This document shows positions 15,412 through 25,134 of a DNA stretch of 56,528 bases, piece after piece. The position numbers were made by a program, and so were the translations under genes. Numbering within the stretch: position 1 is the stretch's first letter; every line of letters begins with the position of its first letter. Source of the DNA: a virus (Duplodnaviria; Caudoviricetes); IMG/VR virus record IMGVR_UViG_3300033153_005235, positions 1 to 56,528 of that record; one strand, given 5' to 3'. The notes beneath the pieces were generated by a model. The model made no database searches, was not told the DNA's origin, and saw only the letters and a list, made by a program, of their open reading frames with translations.

Positions 15412-17012
15412 GTAGGTTAGTTAAGAAGACTGTTGAAGAATGGTTACGAGATGTTGATTATAGGGATGATCCGGATTATGTGCCAAGTGAGTTTGCGTTA
15501 GAATTTATCAGTTTTATTAAGTTGGTGAATGGTGATAAGGGTGAGGAGAATGCTAGTCCAGTGATTCATTTTCATTGGTTGGATAACCTATGTAACAGGA
15601 AGCAGGATAGTGTTGCACTGTGTGCCAGGGGATTTGCCAAGAGTTCGGTGTTTGCAGAATATTTATTCCTGTATCTTGCTGTGTTTGGTTCAATCCCGGG
15701 GTTTGGAGAAGTTGATTACGCACTATATGTCAGTGATAGTATTGACAATGGTGTTAAGAAGATGAGGAACAGAATTGAAAGGAGGTATCAAAATAGTGCA
15801 TTTCTTCAAGAATATTTACCAATCAGTAAGATTACAGATACAAGGTGGTATTTCAAAAATAAATTCGGCAAGGAAATTGTTATCACTGGACACGGTGTTA
15901 GTACTGGCGTTCGTGGTACTGTTGAGCTCAACACTCGTCCTCAGCTTGCTGTATTGGATGATCTCATTAGTGATGAAGATGCTAGGAGTCAGACAGTAAT
16001 TGAAAAGGTTGAAGATGTAGTTTATTCGGCAATTGATAACGCATTACATCCAAAAAGAAGAAAGATTATTTGGTGTGGAACTCCATTTAATGCGAAAGAT
16101 CCATTGTATAAGGCAGTAGAAAGTGGTGCTTGGTATGTGAGTGTGTTCCCGGTTTGCCAAGAATTTCCATGTAAGAAAAATGAGTTTAAAGGTGGATGGG
16201 ACGATAGATTTCCATATGAATTTGTTAAGAAGAGGTATAATAAAGCAGTGTTGACTGGGAAGATTAATAGTTTCAACCAGGAGCTTATGTTGAGGATTAT
16301 GAGTGACGAGGAAAGGTTGATTGAAGATGGAGATATTGAATGGTATCAACATCGAATGGTTAAGAAAAATAAAGGGTTGTATAACTTTTATATTACTACA
16401 GACTTTGCTACCAGTGAGAAACAACATGCTGATTATAGTACAATTAATGTCTGGGCGCTAAATAGCATTGGAGAATGGTTCTGGGCTGATGGTATATGCA
16501 AGAAGATGCTTATGAATATTAGTATGGATTATTTGTTTAGATTTGCTCAAAAATGGGGACCACAAGCTGTTGGGGTTGAAATCACTGGTCAACAGGGAGG
16601 TTTTATAGCTTGGATCAAGCAATTAATGGGAGACAGGAACATATATTTCAGTTTGGCTTGTCCTATTGGCTCAAATAAACCTGGGTTAAGACCAACGAAA
16701 GATAAGATGAGTAGGTTTCAGACTAATGCAGTTCCGTTATTTAAAGCTGGGAAAATACATTTTCCGGAAGAATTGAAAGATAGTGATGAGTTGATGGAAA
16801 TATTGCAAGAGCTTAGGTTGGCTACTATTAAGGGCTTTAAGAGTGCTCATGATGATCAAATCGATACAATTAGTATGTTGGGTGAAATAGAGGTTTGGAG
16901 GCCCAGTGGTGCCGAGACTGAAGAGAGTACAGTTGTTGCTTCTACTGGCAATGGAATATGGGGAAGCAGGGGTACTAATGATGGTGGAGATGATAACTCC
17001 TATTTTGTTTGA
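15408..17012 (+). CDS. terL: terminase large subunit (N4 gp68-like)
   Basis: PSEFALEF..FIKLVNG, RGFAKS Walker A, RPQLAVLDDL, GTPFN..DPLY, ITTDFATSEK, HDDQIDTISML. Confidence 0.95.
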   Translation: MSRLVKKTVEEWLRDVDYRDDPDYVPSEFALEFISFIKLVNGDKGEENASPVIHFHWLDNLCNRKQDSVALCARGFAKSSVFAEYLFLYLAVFGSIPGFGEVDYALYVSDSIDNGVKKMRNRIERRYQNSAFLQEYLPISKITDTRWYFKNKFGKEIVITGHGVSTGVRGTVELNTRPQLAVLDDLISDEDARSQTVIEKVEDVVYSAIDNALHPKRRKIIWCGTPFNAKDPLYKAVESGAWYVSVFPVCQEFPCKKNEFKGGWDDRFPYEFVKKRYNKAVLTGKINSFNQELMLRIMSDEERLIEDGDIEWYQHRMVKKNKGLYNFYITTDFATSEKQHADYSTINVWALNSIGEWFWADGICKKMLMNISMDYLFRFAQKWGPQAVGVEITGQQGGFIAWIKQLMGDRNIYFSLACPIGSNKPGLRPTKDKMSRFQTNAVPLFKAGKIHFPEELKDSDELMEILQELRLATIKGFKSAHDDQIDTISMLGEIEVWRPSGAETEESTVVASTGNGIWGSRGTNDGGDDNSYFV

Positions 17013-17037
17013 CATTGTTAAAACGGTAGTCTATAAG
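17009..17037 (+). promoter_or_regulatory. sigma70-type late promoter
   Basis: TTGACA-17 nt-TATAAG. Confidence 0.65.
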
Positions 17038-17058
17038 AGTTGTATCAACTAATTATGC

Positions 17059-17724
17059 GTGGAGCAGATAATGTTAGTGTATGAGTATGTAAACTTGCTA
17101 GTAGCAAGTGAATTAAAGCCTTTGAGCTTATCAAATATTGGCGGTGATAATAGGGACGAGATCCAAGAGGATAACTTTCAAACTATTATTGGGTTAATCA
17201 ACCTTGCCAACTCTGCATTACATGAAAAGTTTGCCCTCCTGCAAAAAGAATTCATACTAGAAAACGTAGAAAATAATAAAACATTTACACTTCCAAGTGA
17301 TTTCGTATATCCAATAAACGCTGCACTGGAAGACGGTACTCAAGTTCCAATCAATAACGAAAGGAAGTGTTTGGTTGATAGTGTTGATAAGTGTTTGAGT
17401 GTTATGTTCCCGGAACCATTTCTTTGTTTAACCAAAGGTGAAAGTACTACCGGGTTAGATAAGATCAGTTTGGTTTACGTTGCAAGTCCAGCACTAGTTA
17501 AGAAAGCACACGATAACGTTAAGTTGACAAGTGCGTTCACACAAGCATTGTTAGACTATGTTGCGTACAAAGCATTTCTTGGTGTTGATGGACATATAGA
17601 ACAGACAAACAATACTTATTATATGAGATATATTGCAGATTGTAAAACTATCGTGTCAAACGGTTTGACCATTAGTGATAATCTGGATAGTAATATTAAG
17701 TTAAATGAAAGGGGGTTTGTATAA
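17059..17724 (+). CDS. N4 gp67-like head-tail adaptor
   Basis: Follows TerL; IN....LH..F.L and C-terminal KL.ERGFV. Confidence 0.75.
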   Translation: MEQIMLVYEYVNLLVASELKPLSLSNIGGDNRDEIQEDNFQTIIGLINLANSALHEKFALLQKEFILENVENNKTFTLPSDFVYPINAALEDGTQVPINNERKCLVDSVDKCLSVMFPEPFLCLTKGESTTGLDKISLVYVASPALVKKAHDNVKLTSAFTQALLDYVAYKAFLGVDGHIEQTNNTYYMRYIADCKTIVSNGLTISDNLDSNIKLNERGFV

Positions 17725-18206
17725 TGAGTAGTAACTTCAATTCGTTTGATCCATATAATGCTGGTGCTGATAAATACACTGATACTATATTTATTTCAGC
17801 TCAAGACAGATTGGAAGAAATACTTGTTAATCTAAAGTCTAAAGATTGCCAAGCTGAGGAAGCTCAATATGACCAGTGGGACTGGCCAAGTTTGAGCTTA
17901 GCTGGATTTGAAATAATTACTATGTATATCAAGAAAGAAGGTTCTGATGAATTACATAGTGAAATAGTAGGCGTTCCAATGCAACCATTAGAAGATGGGA
18001 TGGTTATTTTTAGGTTGAGTGGCTCTTCGTTTGGTGGTGAGTATGGTAAGTATATTGGGCTGGTTGAAGTTCAATATGTTGGTTCAGATAGAAGCGGTGA
18101 ACGGATAGTAACTGCAAGAAATTTTATACCATTTGAAGTCAGAGAAGATTTCTATTGTGATCCATTTGATGAATACTTTAGTGAATGCGCTGGAGGTGTC
18201 AAATAA
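17724..18206 (+). CDS. virion structural protein
   Basis: 160 aa, TAATG-coupled, beta-rich C-terminus (Y.GLVEVQY...F.VREDF). Confidence 0.65.
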   Translation: MSSNFNSFDPYNAGADKYTDTIFISAQDRLEEILVNLKSKDCQAEEAQYDQWDWPSLSLAGFEIITMYIKKEGSDELHSEIVGVPMQPLEDGMVIFRLSGSSFGGEYGKYIGLVEVQYVGSDRSGERIVTARNFIPFEVREDFYCDPFDEYFSECAGGVK

Positions 18207-18937
18207 TGGCTGTCTGGGCATTTGCATGTAAAGTAGAATCAAGTATGAACCGTTGGTTCGACGGAACCGATCAAGATGTATTCTTTACTGAAGATTATTC
18301 GTTTACATTTGACAGTGCTAAGAGTGATAGTTTTGAGGCGCTAGACAGTCAGGATAAAAGATTCTTTAAAAATATCAGTCAAATGAAGGTAGGTATTGGT
18401 ACACAGTTACTTAATACTACCATGCTTAACGGTATCTCCAGGAGAATATCAGATTTTGACGATGCTGTGTTTCCGGAAGATGTAATTGATATTGGTCTGT
18501 CTAGAGAATTACTTCATCTTGCTGATACTATTTATGCTGTTGAACATTTCAATAAAACAATAGAACCTTTCAAGGTTGATAGTTTTGGTGTACATGAGGG
18601 AACGTTTATACTTGAGAATGGTTTAGACGCTACAACTACAGACAATGCTCCACTTTCTGACTATATGGTTAGAGAGTTTAGTAGAACTGTTACTGGAGAT
18701 AGTGTTAGTTTTACTGAAATATTTGATGCAAAGATTGGTGGTAAATCTTTTTATGACAATATAAAGATAAATGAAGTTGTAACCAAAGATATAAGTAATA
18801 CAGTTGGTGATGAAAATAGAGCTAATCCATTGAATAGTTCAATGCTGAACACTTCAATGATTGGTGAAGAAAGTGATGAGCCTACAATTGTAACAACAAT
18901 TGGGTTGACAGAAGAAGTACAAATTATCTTAACGTAG
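18206..18937 (+). CDS. putative tail/structural protein
   Basis: TAATG-coupled start at 18206; acidic, with two LN..MLN motifs. Confidence 0.65.
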   Translation: MAVWAFACKVESSMNRWFDGTDQDVFFTEDYSFTFDSAKSDSFEALDSQDKRFFKNISQMKVGIGTQLLNTTMLNGISRRISDFDDAVFPEDVIDIGLSRELLHLADTIYAVEHFNKTIEPFKVDSFGVHEGTFILENGLDATTTDNAPLSDYMVREFSRTVTGDSVSFTEIFDAKIGGKSFYDNIKINEVVTKDISNTVGDENRANPLNSSMLNTSMIGEESDEPTIVTTIGLTEEVQIILT

Positions 18938-18944
18938 TGAGGAC

Positions 18945-19379
18945 ATGATGAAAGTAGATGGAAAATTGAAAGTTACTGGTAAGCTCCAGGTTGTTATGAA
19001 TGGTAAACTTCATAGTGAATTTAATAACCTTGTTGTTGATGTAGGCAAAGAATTTGTTGCTAGTATGATGACTGGTGCAGGTACTGCTATGTCACATATG
19101 GCGGTTGGTTCAAGTACAACTGTAGCAAGTGTTGGTCAGACTGCACTTATTTCAGAAATTGATCGTAATGCCCTGGCAGTTGCTGGCGGAACTCCAGTTA
19201 ACGCTACTGTACAATATTCTTGTACATGGGGTGATGGAGATGGTGACGGCGCATTGACTGAAGCTGGTATTTTTAACAACTCTTCTGGCGGTGAAATGCT
19301 TGCTCGTACAGTGTTTGACGTTATTAATAAAGGTAGTGGTGATGTAATGACTATCGTTTGGACTATCACCGTTGCTTAA
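18945..19379 (+). CDS. tail fibre-associated (collar-like) structural protein
   Basis: NLVV..G, MAVG...T....T.L..E, EAGIFN....G.MLAR.VF..INK...D..TI.WTIT pattern. Confidence 0.75.
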   Translation: MMKVDGKLKVTGKLQVVMNGKLHSEFNNLVVDVGKEFVASMMTGAGTAMSHMAVGSSTTVASVGQTALISEIDRNALAVAGGTPVNATVQYSCTWGDGDGDGALTEAGIFNNSSGGEMLARTVFDVINKGSGDVMTIVWTITVA

Positions 19380-19401
19380 GGTTCTATAGAGAGGATAAGG
19401 T

Positions 19402-20255
19402 ATGAAAGTTGAATATAGCGATAATGCTGCTACAGTCCTAAACGCTTCAGTCGAGCCCGGGCATACAGTGATGATTGTTGCGAGTGCATCGCAATTCCCT
19501 ATCCTCACTGGTGGTGCCTGGATGTATGTTACTGTCGAGGATGAAGTAGTTAAGGTTACAGATACTAGTGGTAATATATTTACTTGTGAGGCTTTTGATC
19601 AAGCCCATGGTGTTGGTGCTAGTGTTGAAATTAGAGTAGTGGCTGATCTTTTAGATGATATCCAGAATGCTGACGTTTACAGAATGCTGACGTTTACGAT
19701 ACTATGGGTGTTAGACCTGGTGATGGAACTCTTGCTGCCGGTGAACCATATGTTAATGTAAAAGATAAGCAATATGGTGTTGGTGATGATTCTAATAATC
19801 CAATGGATCTACTTGCTGTAAGATATCACAGTTCACAGGCAAGTTATATTATTGGTGATATCGTTGCTTATGATGGTGGATTATGGAAAGCAACTGCTGA
19901 TCATTCCGGAGCTTTCTCTGAAAGTAATTGGGAAGGTGTAAGTGGTAGTGGTGGTATGAGTTGGGAATCCAGTTCTTCTGGGACTGTTTCAGCTACTGCT
20001 GGTACTGGATATTTAGTTTACACTAACACTGAAACAAGAACAGCTACTCTTCCTGTCGGTTCGGAAGGAGATACTGTTGGTATATGCGATGTCTCTGATA
20101 ATTGTAGTATTAATAATATTACAGTTGTCTCGAATGGTTCAGAAAATATTATGGGACTTGTTGAAAACTTCTTGATGGATATTAGTGGGTCAACAGTTAT
20201 TTTTACTTATTCCGATGCTTCTAGGGGTTGGGTCATTACAGGAGGTAACTGGTAA
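19402..20255 (+). pseudogene. tail fibre protein interrupted by a 17-nt tandem duplication
   Basis: AGAATGCTGACGTTTAC twice (19664-19697); deleting one copy joins ORFs 19402..19761 and 19704..20255 in frame. Confidence 0.75.
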
Positions 20256-21448
20256 TGAGTGTATTAGCTGATTTTTTTACAACTGGTGGTGCTTTCGAGC
20301 ATGAGCCAGTTACACATATTGTATTCAAAAGTTCTGTGAACTTTACGGCAACCACTGGTACTAGAGATGCTCTATTTGACGAAACTCTTGTAAATGAGAT
20401 TACAGGTGCGGTTAGGACTGGATCTGAACTTAGCTTAAATGCTGGTACGTATAGAGCAAAAGGATATGCAATAGCTACTGCATCCAATACGTTAGTTAGT
20501 AGTGTTGATATCACTAAGAGTGATGATACAGTACTTATTACGGGCTATGCATCTGCTGATACTTTGAGCACAGTTGAAGGTCAATTCGTTTTGACGGAAA
20601 CGACCTCTGTAAAACTTATTGTTCAACAAAGTAATGCTACCGGGACTGTAGAGGTTAATGATGTTGGTAAGGATTGTATAGTCAACTCGTTAATAATCAC
20701 GCAAGTTGATGCTATTAAAACTAGTCCAATTATTCATGATAATAAGCTATACCCATTACCTGGTAATACTATTGTTACTGGAGATGTATACGGGTTAGAT
20801 TGTCATTATGGATCTACTACTGCAATCACTGTTGATGCAGGTATCTGTATGGATAGTTTAAACACTTCTCCGATCAGTAGATCAACAACCGCATCTGTTA
20901 CGTTAGATAACACTACTATTGCAGATGGTTCATCCACTGCTACAAATACAGTTTATAGCGTGTTTGTTGTTGATGGTGGTGGGATCAAGTTTGATACGAG
21001 TGAAACTGGATCCAATATTGCCACTACTAAGCGATGGATTTCGTTTATAAAAACCAATGCTGCTGGTGAAATTTGTTCATTTGAAATGTCTGATGGAATG
21101 ATTAAGTTTATCAAGGCGTCTGAGTGGATATTCCTTACAGGTGTATCGACTGCGTGGGTTCAAGGTGATAGTTCAAGTGTTGTACCGTCTTCAAGGATTG
21201 ACTTAATTTCATTCGCTGGTGCTGATTTATCAACTAGCGGTTCCCCTGCTTATTGTTCTTACGATGGTGTTACCCCTTCCTTTAAAGCTGGTAATCCCAA
21301 TGCAGGATTCACAGATACCACCATTGCTACGGGATACACTGGGGCAGAGCCAAAAGACCTTGTTCCATACGACTCTGGAATATACTTTAAACTTGCAGGT
21401 TTAAGCGGTGGGCAGATAACTATTAACTCAGTAACAATGAAGCGATAA
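20255..21448 (+). CDS. tail fibre / receptor-binding protein
   Basis: 397 aa, Thr/Ser/Gly-rich beta protein following the fibre gene. Confidence 0.7.
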   Translation: MSVLADFFTTGGAFEHEPVTHIVFKSSVNFTATTGTRDALFDETLVNEITGAVRTGSELSLNAGTYRAKGYAIATASNTLVSSVDITKSDDTVLITGYASADTLSTVEGQFVLTETTSVKLIVQQSNATGTVEVNDVGKDCIVNSLIITQVDAIKTSPIIHDNKLYPLPGNTIVTGDVYGLDCHYGSTTAITVDAGICMDSLNTSPISRSTTASVTLDNTTIADGSSTATNTVYSVFVVDGGGIKFDTSETGSNIATTKRWISFIKTNAAGEICSFEMSDGMIKFIKASEWIFLTGVSTAWVQGDSSSVVPSSRIDLISFAGADLSTSGSPAYCSYDGVTPSFKAGNPNAGFTDTTIATGYTGAEPKDLVPYDSGIYFKLAGLSGGQITINSVTMKR

Positions 21449-21457
21449 GGAGATAAA

Positions 21458-22061
21458 ATGAATTTTGCATATTTATCAGATTGGACAGTAACCGGACATG
21501 GTCGTGGTGCTGAGGATGGGACAGAGGAGCTTACTGGCACCTGTACCGACCAAGCTTGTGATGTATTACCACAGGAGTATAATAAAGATATCCGGTGCTA
21601 TACAGCACCAAATGGAATCTTAACAGCTAAGTCACAATCTGAGGTTGATTTAATTATAACTAATGATGAGAAAGATAAAGCCTACGTTGATACTCTTGCT
21701 GATATTAACAATAAAAAGCATGAAGAGAACTTAAAAGACTTTTCGTACAATGGGTATGATTATGTTTCCGATGAGTCAAATATACAGGCTACTCAAAATG
21801 TTTGCTCTGTAGAGCCTCCTGAGGATGCGATACTTACGTTGAGGGGTACAGTGGTATGAAGGGTGTTGGAAAGTTCGTGGTGGAGTTGCTAGCCACACTA
21901 ACGCTACCTTTATTACATTTGCTACAGAATTCTTTAAACGTGGTTCTGATAACTTTACTACAGAATCTGCTCATAAAATGAATCTTGAAGCTCTTTACAG
22001 TGATCCTAGTAAGACCGTTGAAGACATTTTAGCCTACGATTATAGTACAGGCTGGCATTAA
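21458..22061 (+). pseudogene. tail fibre assembly-like protein (DUF4376-like), frameshifted near 21850
   Basis: ORF stops at 21859, but the +1 frame continues WYEGCWKV...VEDILAYDYSTGWH to TAA at 22061. Confidence 0.65.
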
Positions 22062-22087
22062 TTTAATTAACCCGCAGAGAGGGCGTT

Positions 22088-22375
22088 ATGTGGATAGAAG
22101 AGACAGGTGGGGTAAAATTCCTAAGCCCTGACGGAAATGGTATTACAATTGCTATGACTGATCCAACCGGGTCAGTTACAGTTGAGCAAATGGGAAATGA
22201 TAAAGATACTTGGTTTGAGTATAAAGATGGTGGTGAAACTGCTAATCTTAATTCAGACAATACCGCTAAGGGTATTTTTGCTCCGATTAGACTTAGAATT
22301 ACTGCAGTTGGTACAGGGGTTAGGTTGTATCATCGTAAACTTCCAGATAGAAAACGTGAAGTAATTTTAACATAG
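22088..22375 (+). CDS. small structural protein
   Basis: 95 aa, GAGGG RBS. Confidence 0.65.
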   Translation: MWIEETGGVKFLSPDGNGITIAMTDPTGSVTVEQMGNDKDTWFEYKDGGETANLNSDNTAKGIFAPIRLRITAVGTGVRLYHRKLPDRKREVILT

Positions 22376-22384
22376 AGGTTTACT

Positions 22385-23494
22385 ATGGGAGTTATTCACC
22401 CTGTAATACTTAGAGTTATAGCTCCTGTAATTGGTAACCCATTCGGGTTGCCAATCTATGGCGGTGTGTTAGTGCCTCCAGTTTCCGATGAATTACTTAT
22501 ATGGCTCAAAGGTAACAGTGATGATACTGAGAAGCTAGATAGCTGGAAGAGGACTGACGCTGAAGACTTCACGATGTCTCAGTCTAATTGCATCACTCTA
22601 GATGGTACCAATGAGTATGGTACGCTTGATACTGCTACTACTTTGGTTGGTGATTGTAGTATTACATGTGGTGTTAACTTAAATGTTGATGTTGATTCTG
22701 CCATTACAGGGACAGTGGATGGTAAGTGCGGACTTAAGTTTAGAGATGTAGACAGACTCTACGTACATGTGAACTCCCTGACACAGGTAGTAATCACTGC
22801 CTCTCCACCATTCCCTTTAACTGAGTTTGAGTTTAAATTTGAGAGGGTTGGTACTGTCGGATCTATATATGTAGATGGTGTTTTAGTTGGAAGTAATACG
22901 ATAGCAGTAGATGATTTTATCGTCGAACTAGTTGGAAGCTATAAAACTACTCAGAATATGGATGGCAAGTTTTATGACTTAACACTACAGGATAACACTC
23001 AAGATATTCACTACAGAATAGCAGAAGGTAATGACTCTGAGTTTTCATGGGACGATACAGGTACTAATTTCATAACTTGGACAGGTGTCATCGCTGACAT
23101 GTGGGCAGGTAGACAGGACAGTTACCATGGCAATGCTGTGGGTGGCTGGTGGGAGAAAGCTGCTGATGCTACTATGTATCCATACGCTGTGGCAGGATTC
23201 TCTGAGTTTCATAAAGGTGGAACATGGAATGATTGTGAAACCAGTTATGCGCCAGAAGAAACTCCTCTAGGAACAAGTGATGGTACTGAAGAAATACTTT
23301 TACCTTTTGATGTCCCTGCTGATGGTGCCATTACTTATGATGGTACGTGTACTGCAACATTGGATATCTCAAATAATAAAATTACAATGACAGCCGGAAC
23401 TATTAGAAATATTGAAGTTACGGGTACGCTAACGAGTACTGGCTTAGAAATGACAGACGATCTTGAAATGACAGACAACTTGGAGATGGTATGA
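22385..23494 (+). CDS. LamG/concanavalin A-like tail protein (possibly 5' part of a split gene)
   Basis: LDGTNEY, IYVDGVLVG, MDGKFYDL..Y...EG motifs. Confidence 0.7.
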   Translation: MGVIHPVILRVIAPVIGNPFGLPIYGGVLVPPVSDELLIWLKGNSDDTEKLDSWKRTDAEDFTMSQSNCITLDGTNEYGTLDTATTLVGDCSITCGVNLNVDVDSAITGTVDGKCGLKFRDVDRLYVHVNSLTQVVITASPPFPLTEFEFKFERVGTVGSIYVDGVLVGSNTIAVDDFIVELVGSYKTTQNMDGKFYDLTLQDNTQDIHYRIAEGNDSEFSWDDTGTNFITWTGVIADMWAGRQDSYHGNAVGGWWEKAADATMYPYAVAGFSEFHKGGTWNDCETSYAPEETPLGTSDGTEEILLPFDVPADGAITYDGTCTATLDISNNKITMTAGTIRNIEVTGTLTSTGLEMTDDLEMTDNLEMV

Positions 23495-24549
23495 TGAAGA
23501 GATTACTTATTTTAATGATGATTATGGTTCTTCCTGTATCATCTTTTGCAGTACAGCAGAGCATCAATCACGGCTTTGGTACGTATTGGGGTGTTGTAGG
23601 TGATCTGGGTGAAGCTCCTACTTATCTACAGATTGACGAGAACTTCGCTGAACTTTATGGACTTGATAGCTTTGGAATCAGTTCGGCAGACATAAGTAAC
23701 TGGAATACTGAAGCTGATCCAATATGGACATCCTCTGATGCTTTTGGAATTTCAACTGCTGATATTGCTGGATGGGACGCACTGATTACTAATGCCACTC
23801 ATACTGGTGATGTCTCTGGATCAGGTGCATTAACACTTGAAAGTGTTGCTATCTCTGGACAAGATACAGTAACTGCTGTGAGTACAGATTATGTTATTAT
23901 TGGAGATACCAGTGACGCTGGAAATCTAAAGAAAGCGTTGGTATCTGACTTCGCAAGTGCTGGTGGAGATATGTCTGCAGCTACTTACGACCCTGCTGGA
24001 ATTGAGGAGCAGGTTGTTGGGCTTACAGCTACTCAGACGTTAATCAATAAGACACTTAATAGTGTCGGAATCAACCTCGCTGCCGATGAAGGCAACCTAA
24101 TGTGGGATACTGGAGTAAGCTACAAGACACACCTTGATAGTATCTTTGAACCAGTGGATGCGACTATTCTAAAGGATGCTGATATCGGAGTTACCGTTGC
24201 CTCTGAGAATGGTGATGTGAACACAATTGAATTTGCATACTCCGATGTGAGTGCAACAGAGACTGGGAAGAATCTCAGGATTCCAACAGGCTCAACATGG
24301 GTTAATGCATATTCCTGGTGTGACGGGGCTGAGGCAGTTCTTGTATACGATCTACAATACTCAGCGACGCTTGGCGGTGCGTTCGGTTCGTTGGGTACAA
24401 TTGCTCACGATGCTGCCGCAACGACCGATACGGTGGATATATCGGCCTTCACTGCTGTTGCTGCTGGTAGCTGGGTTCATGTTGATATTCAGACTGCTGG
24501 TACTACTGCCACAGTTTGTACACTGGTTTTGGATCTGGTGAACAATTAA
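23491..24549 (+). CDS. signal-peptide-bearing fibre-like protein
   Basis: MKRLLILMMIMVLPVSSFA signal; IDENFAELY, FGIS.ADI..W repeat, ATHTGDVSG, GDMSAATYDP, TQTL.NKTL fibre-like motifs. Confidence 0.75.
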   Translation: MMKRLLILMMIMVLPVSSFAVQQSINHGFGTYWGVVGDLGEAPTYLQIDENFAELYGLDSFGISSADISNWNTEADPIWTSSDAFGISTADIAGWDALITNATHTGDVSGSGALTLESVAISGQDTVTAVSTDYVIIGDTSDAGNLKKALVSDFASAGGDMSAATYDPAGIEEQVVGLTATQTLINKTLNSVGINLAADEGNLMWDTGVSYKTHLDSIFEPVDATILKDADIGVTVASENGDVNTIEFAYSDVSATETGKNLRIPTGSTWVNAYSWCDGAEAVLVYDLQYSATLGGAFGSLGTIAHDAAATTDTVDISAFTAVAAGSWVHVDIQTAGTTATVCTLVLDLVNN

Positions 24550-25130
24550 TGAGAACTCTGATACTACTAGCACTCCTTTTAATTCCCGTACAAGCGTGTG
24601 GGTGGGGTGTGGTTCATTATCAGGAGGTTGTTGTTGCTGGTGGTGGATGTTCTTCTACAGCATCCATTACACCTACAGAAGGAACGTCCAGTAATAAGTC
24701 GATTGATGGTGATAACAGGACTTACATAGGTGGATTATGGGTCGGTGCTGATATTGAAATTTGTAACGTAGAAGTATACTCCAAGATCAATCTTGGAGAT
24801 CCTAGCACCCTGTTCTACAAAGTAGAGGTTTATTCTCCTGACGGAACAGCACTAGGAACATTGAAAGGAGCGTCTGATTTGGTTGATGGTGACGTGTTTA
24901 CAGAAACTTCAACTTGGCATCCTTTTGAATTCACTACACCTGTAACGATAACAAATGGAGATATTATCGTAATAACCACCACAACTCAAGCAACGTATAA
25001 TCCTAATGTTGCAGTATTTTATTTCGCAGAATCAACAAACTTAGGCAGTGGAACTTGGCGAGCGGATAAAACCAGAGTTTCACATTCTACCGCTAATACC
25101 GTAAACTTTAAGATATATCCCACGGAGTAA
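24549..25130 (+). CDS. secreted small beta protein (paralogue of 27984..28589)
   Basis: TAATG start at 24549; MRTLILLALLLIPVQACG signal. Confidence 0.75.
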   Translation: MRTLILLALLLIPVQACGWGVVHYQEVVVAGGGCSSTASITPTEGTSSNKSIDGDNRTYIGGLWVGADIEICNVEVYSKINLGDPSTLFYKVEVYSPDGTALGTLKGASDLVDGDVFTETSTWHPFEFTTPVTITNGDIIVITTTTQATYNPNVAVFYFAESTNLGSGTWRADKTRVSHSTANTVNFKIYPTE

Positions 25131-25134
25131 TAAG

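Noticed and set aside
19402-22061. Stop-codon reassignment as the cause of split tail genes
   Set aside because: The breaks are frame changes, and core genes are full length under the standard code with TAA, TAG and TGA all used as stops
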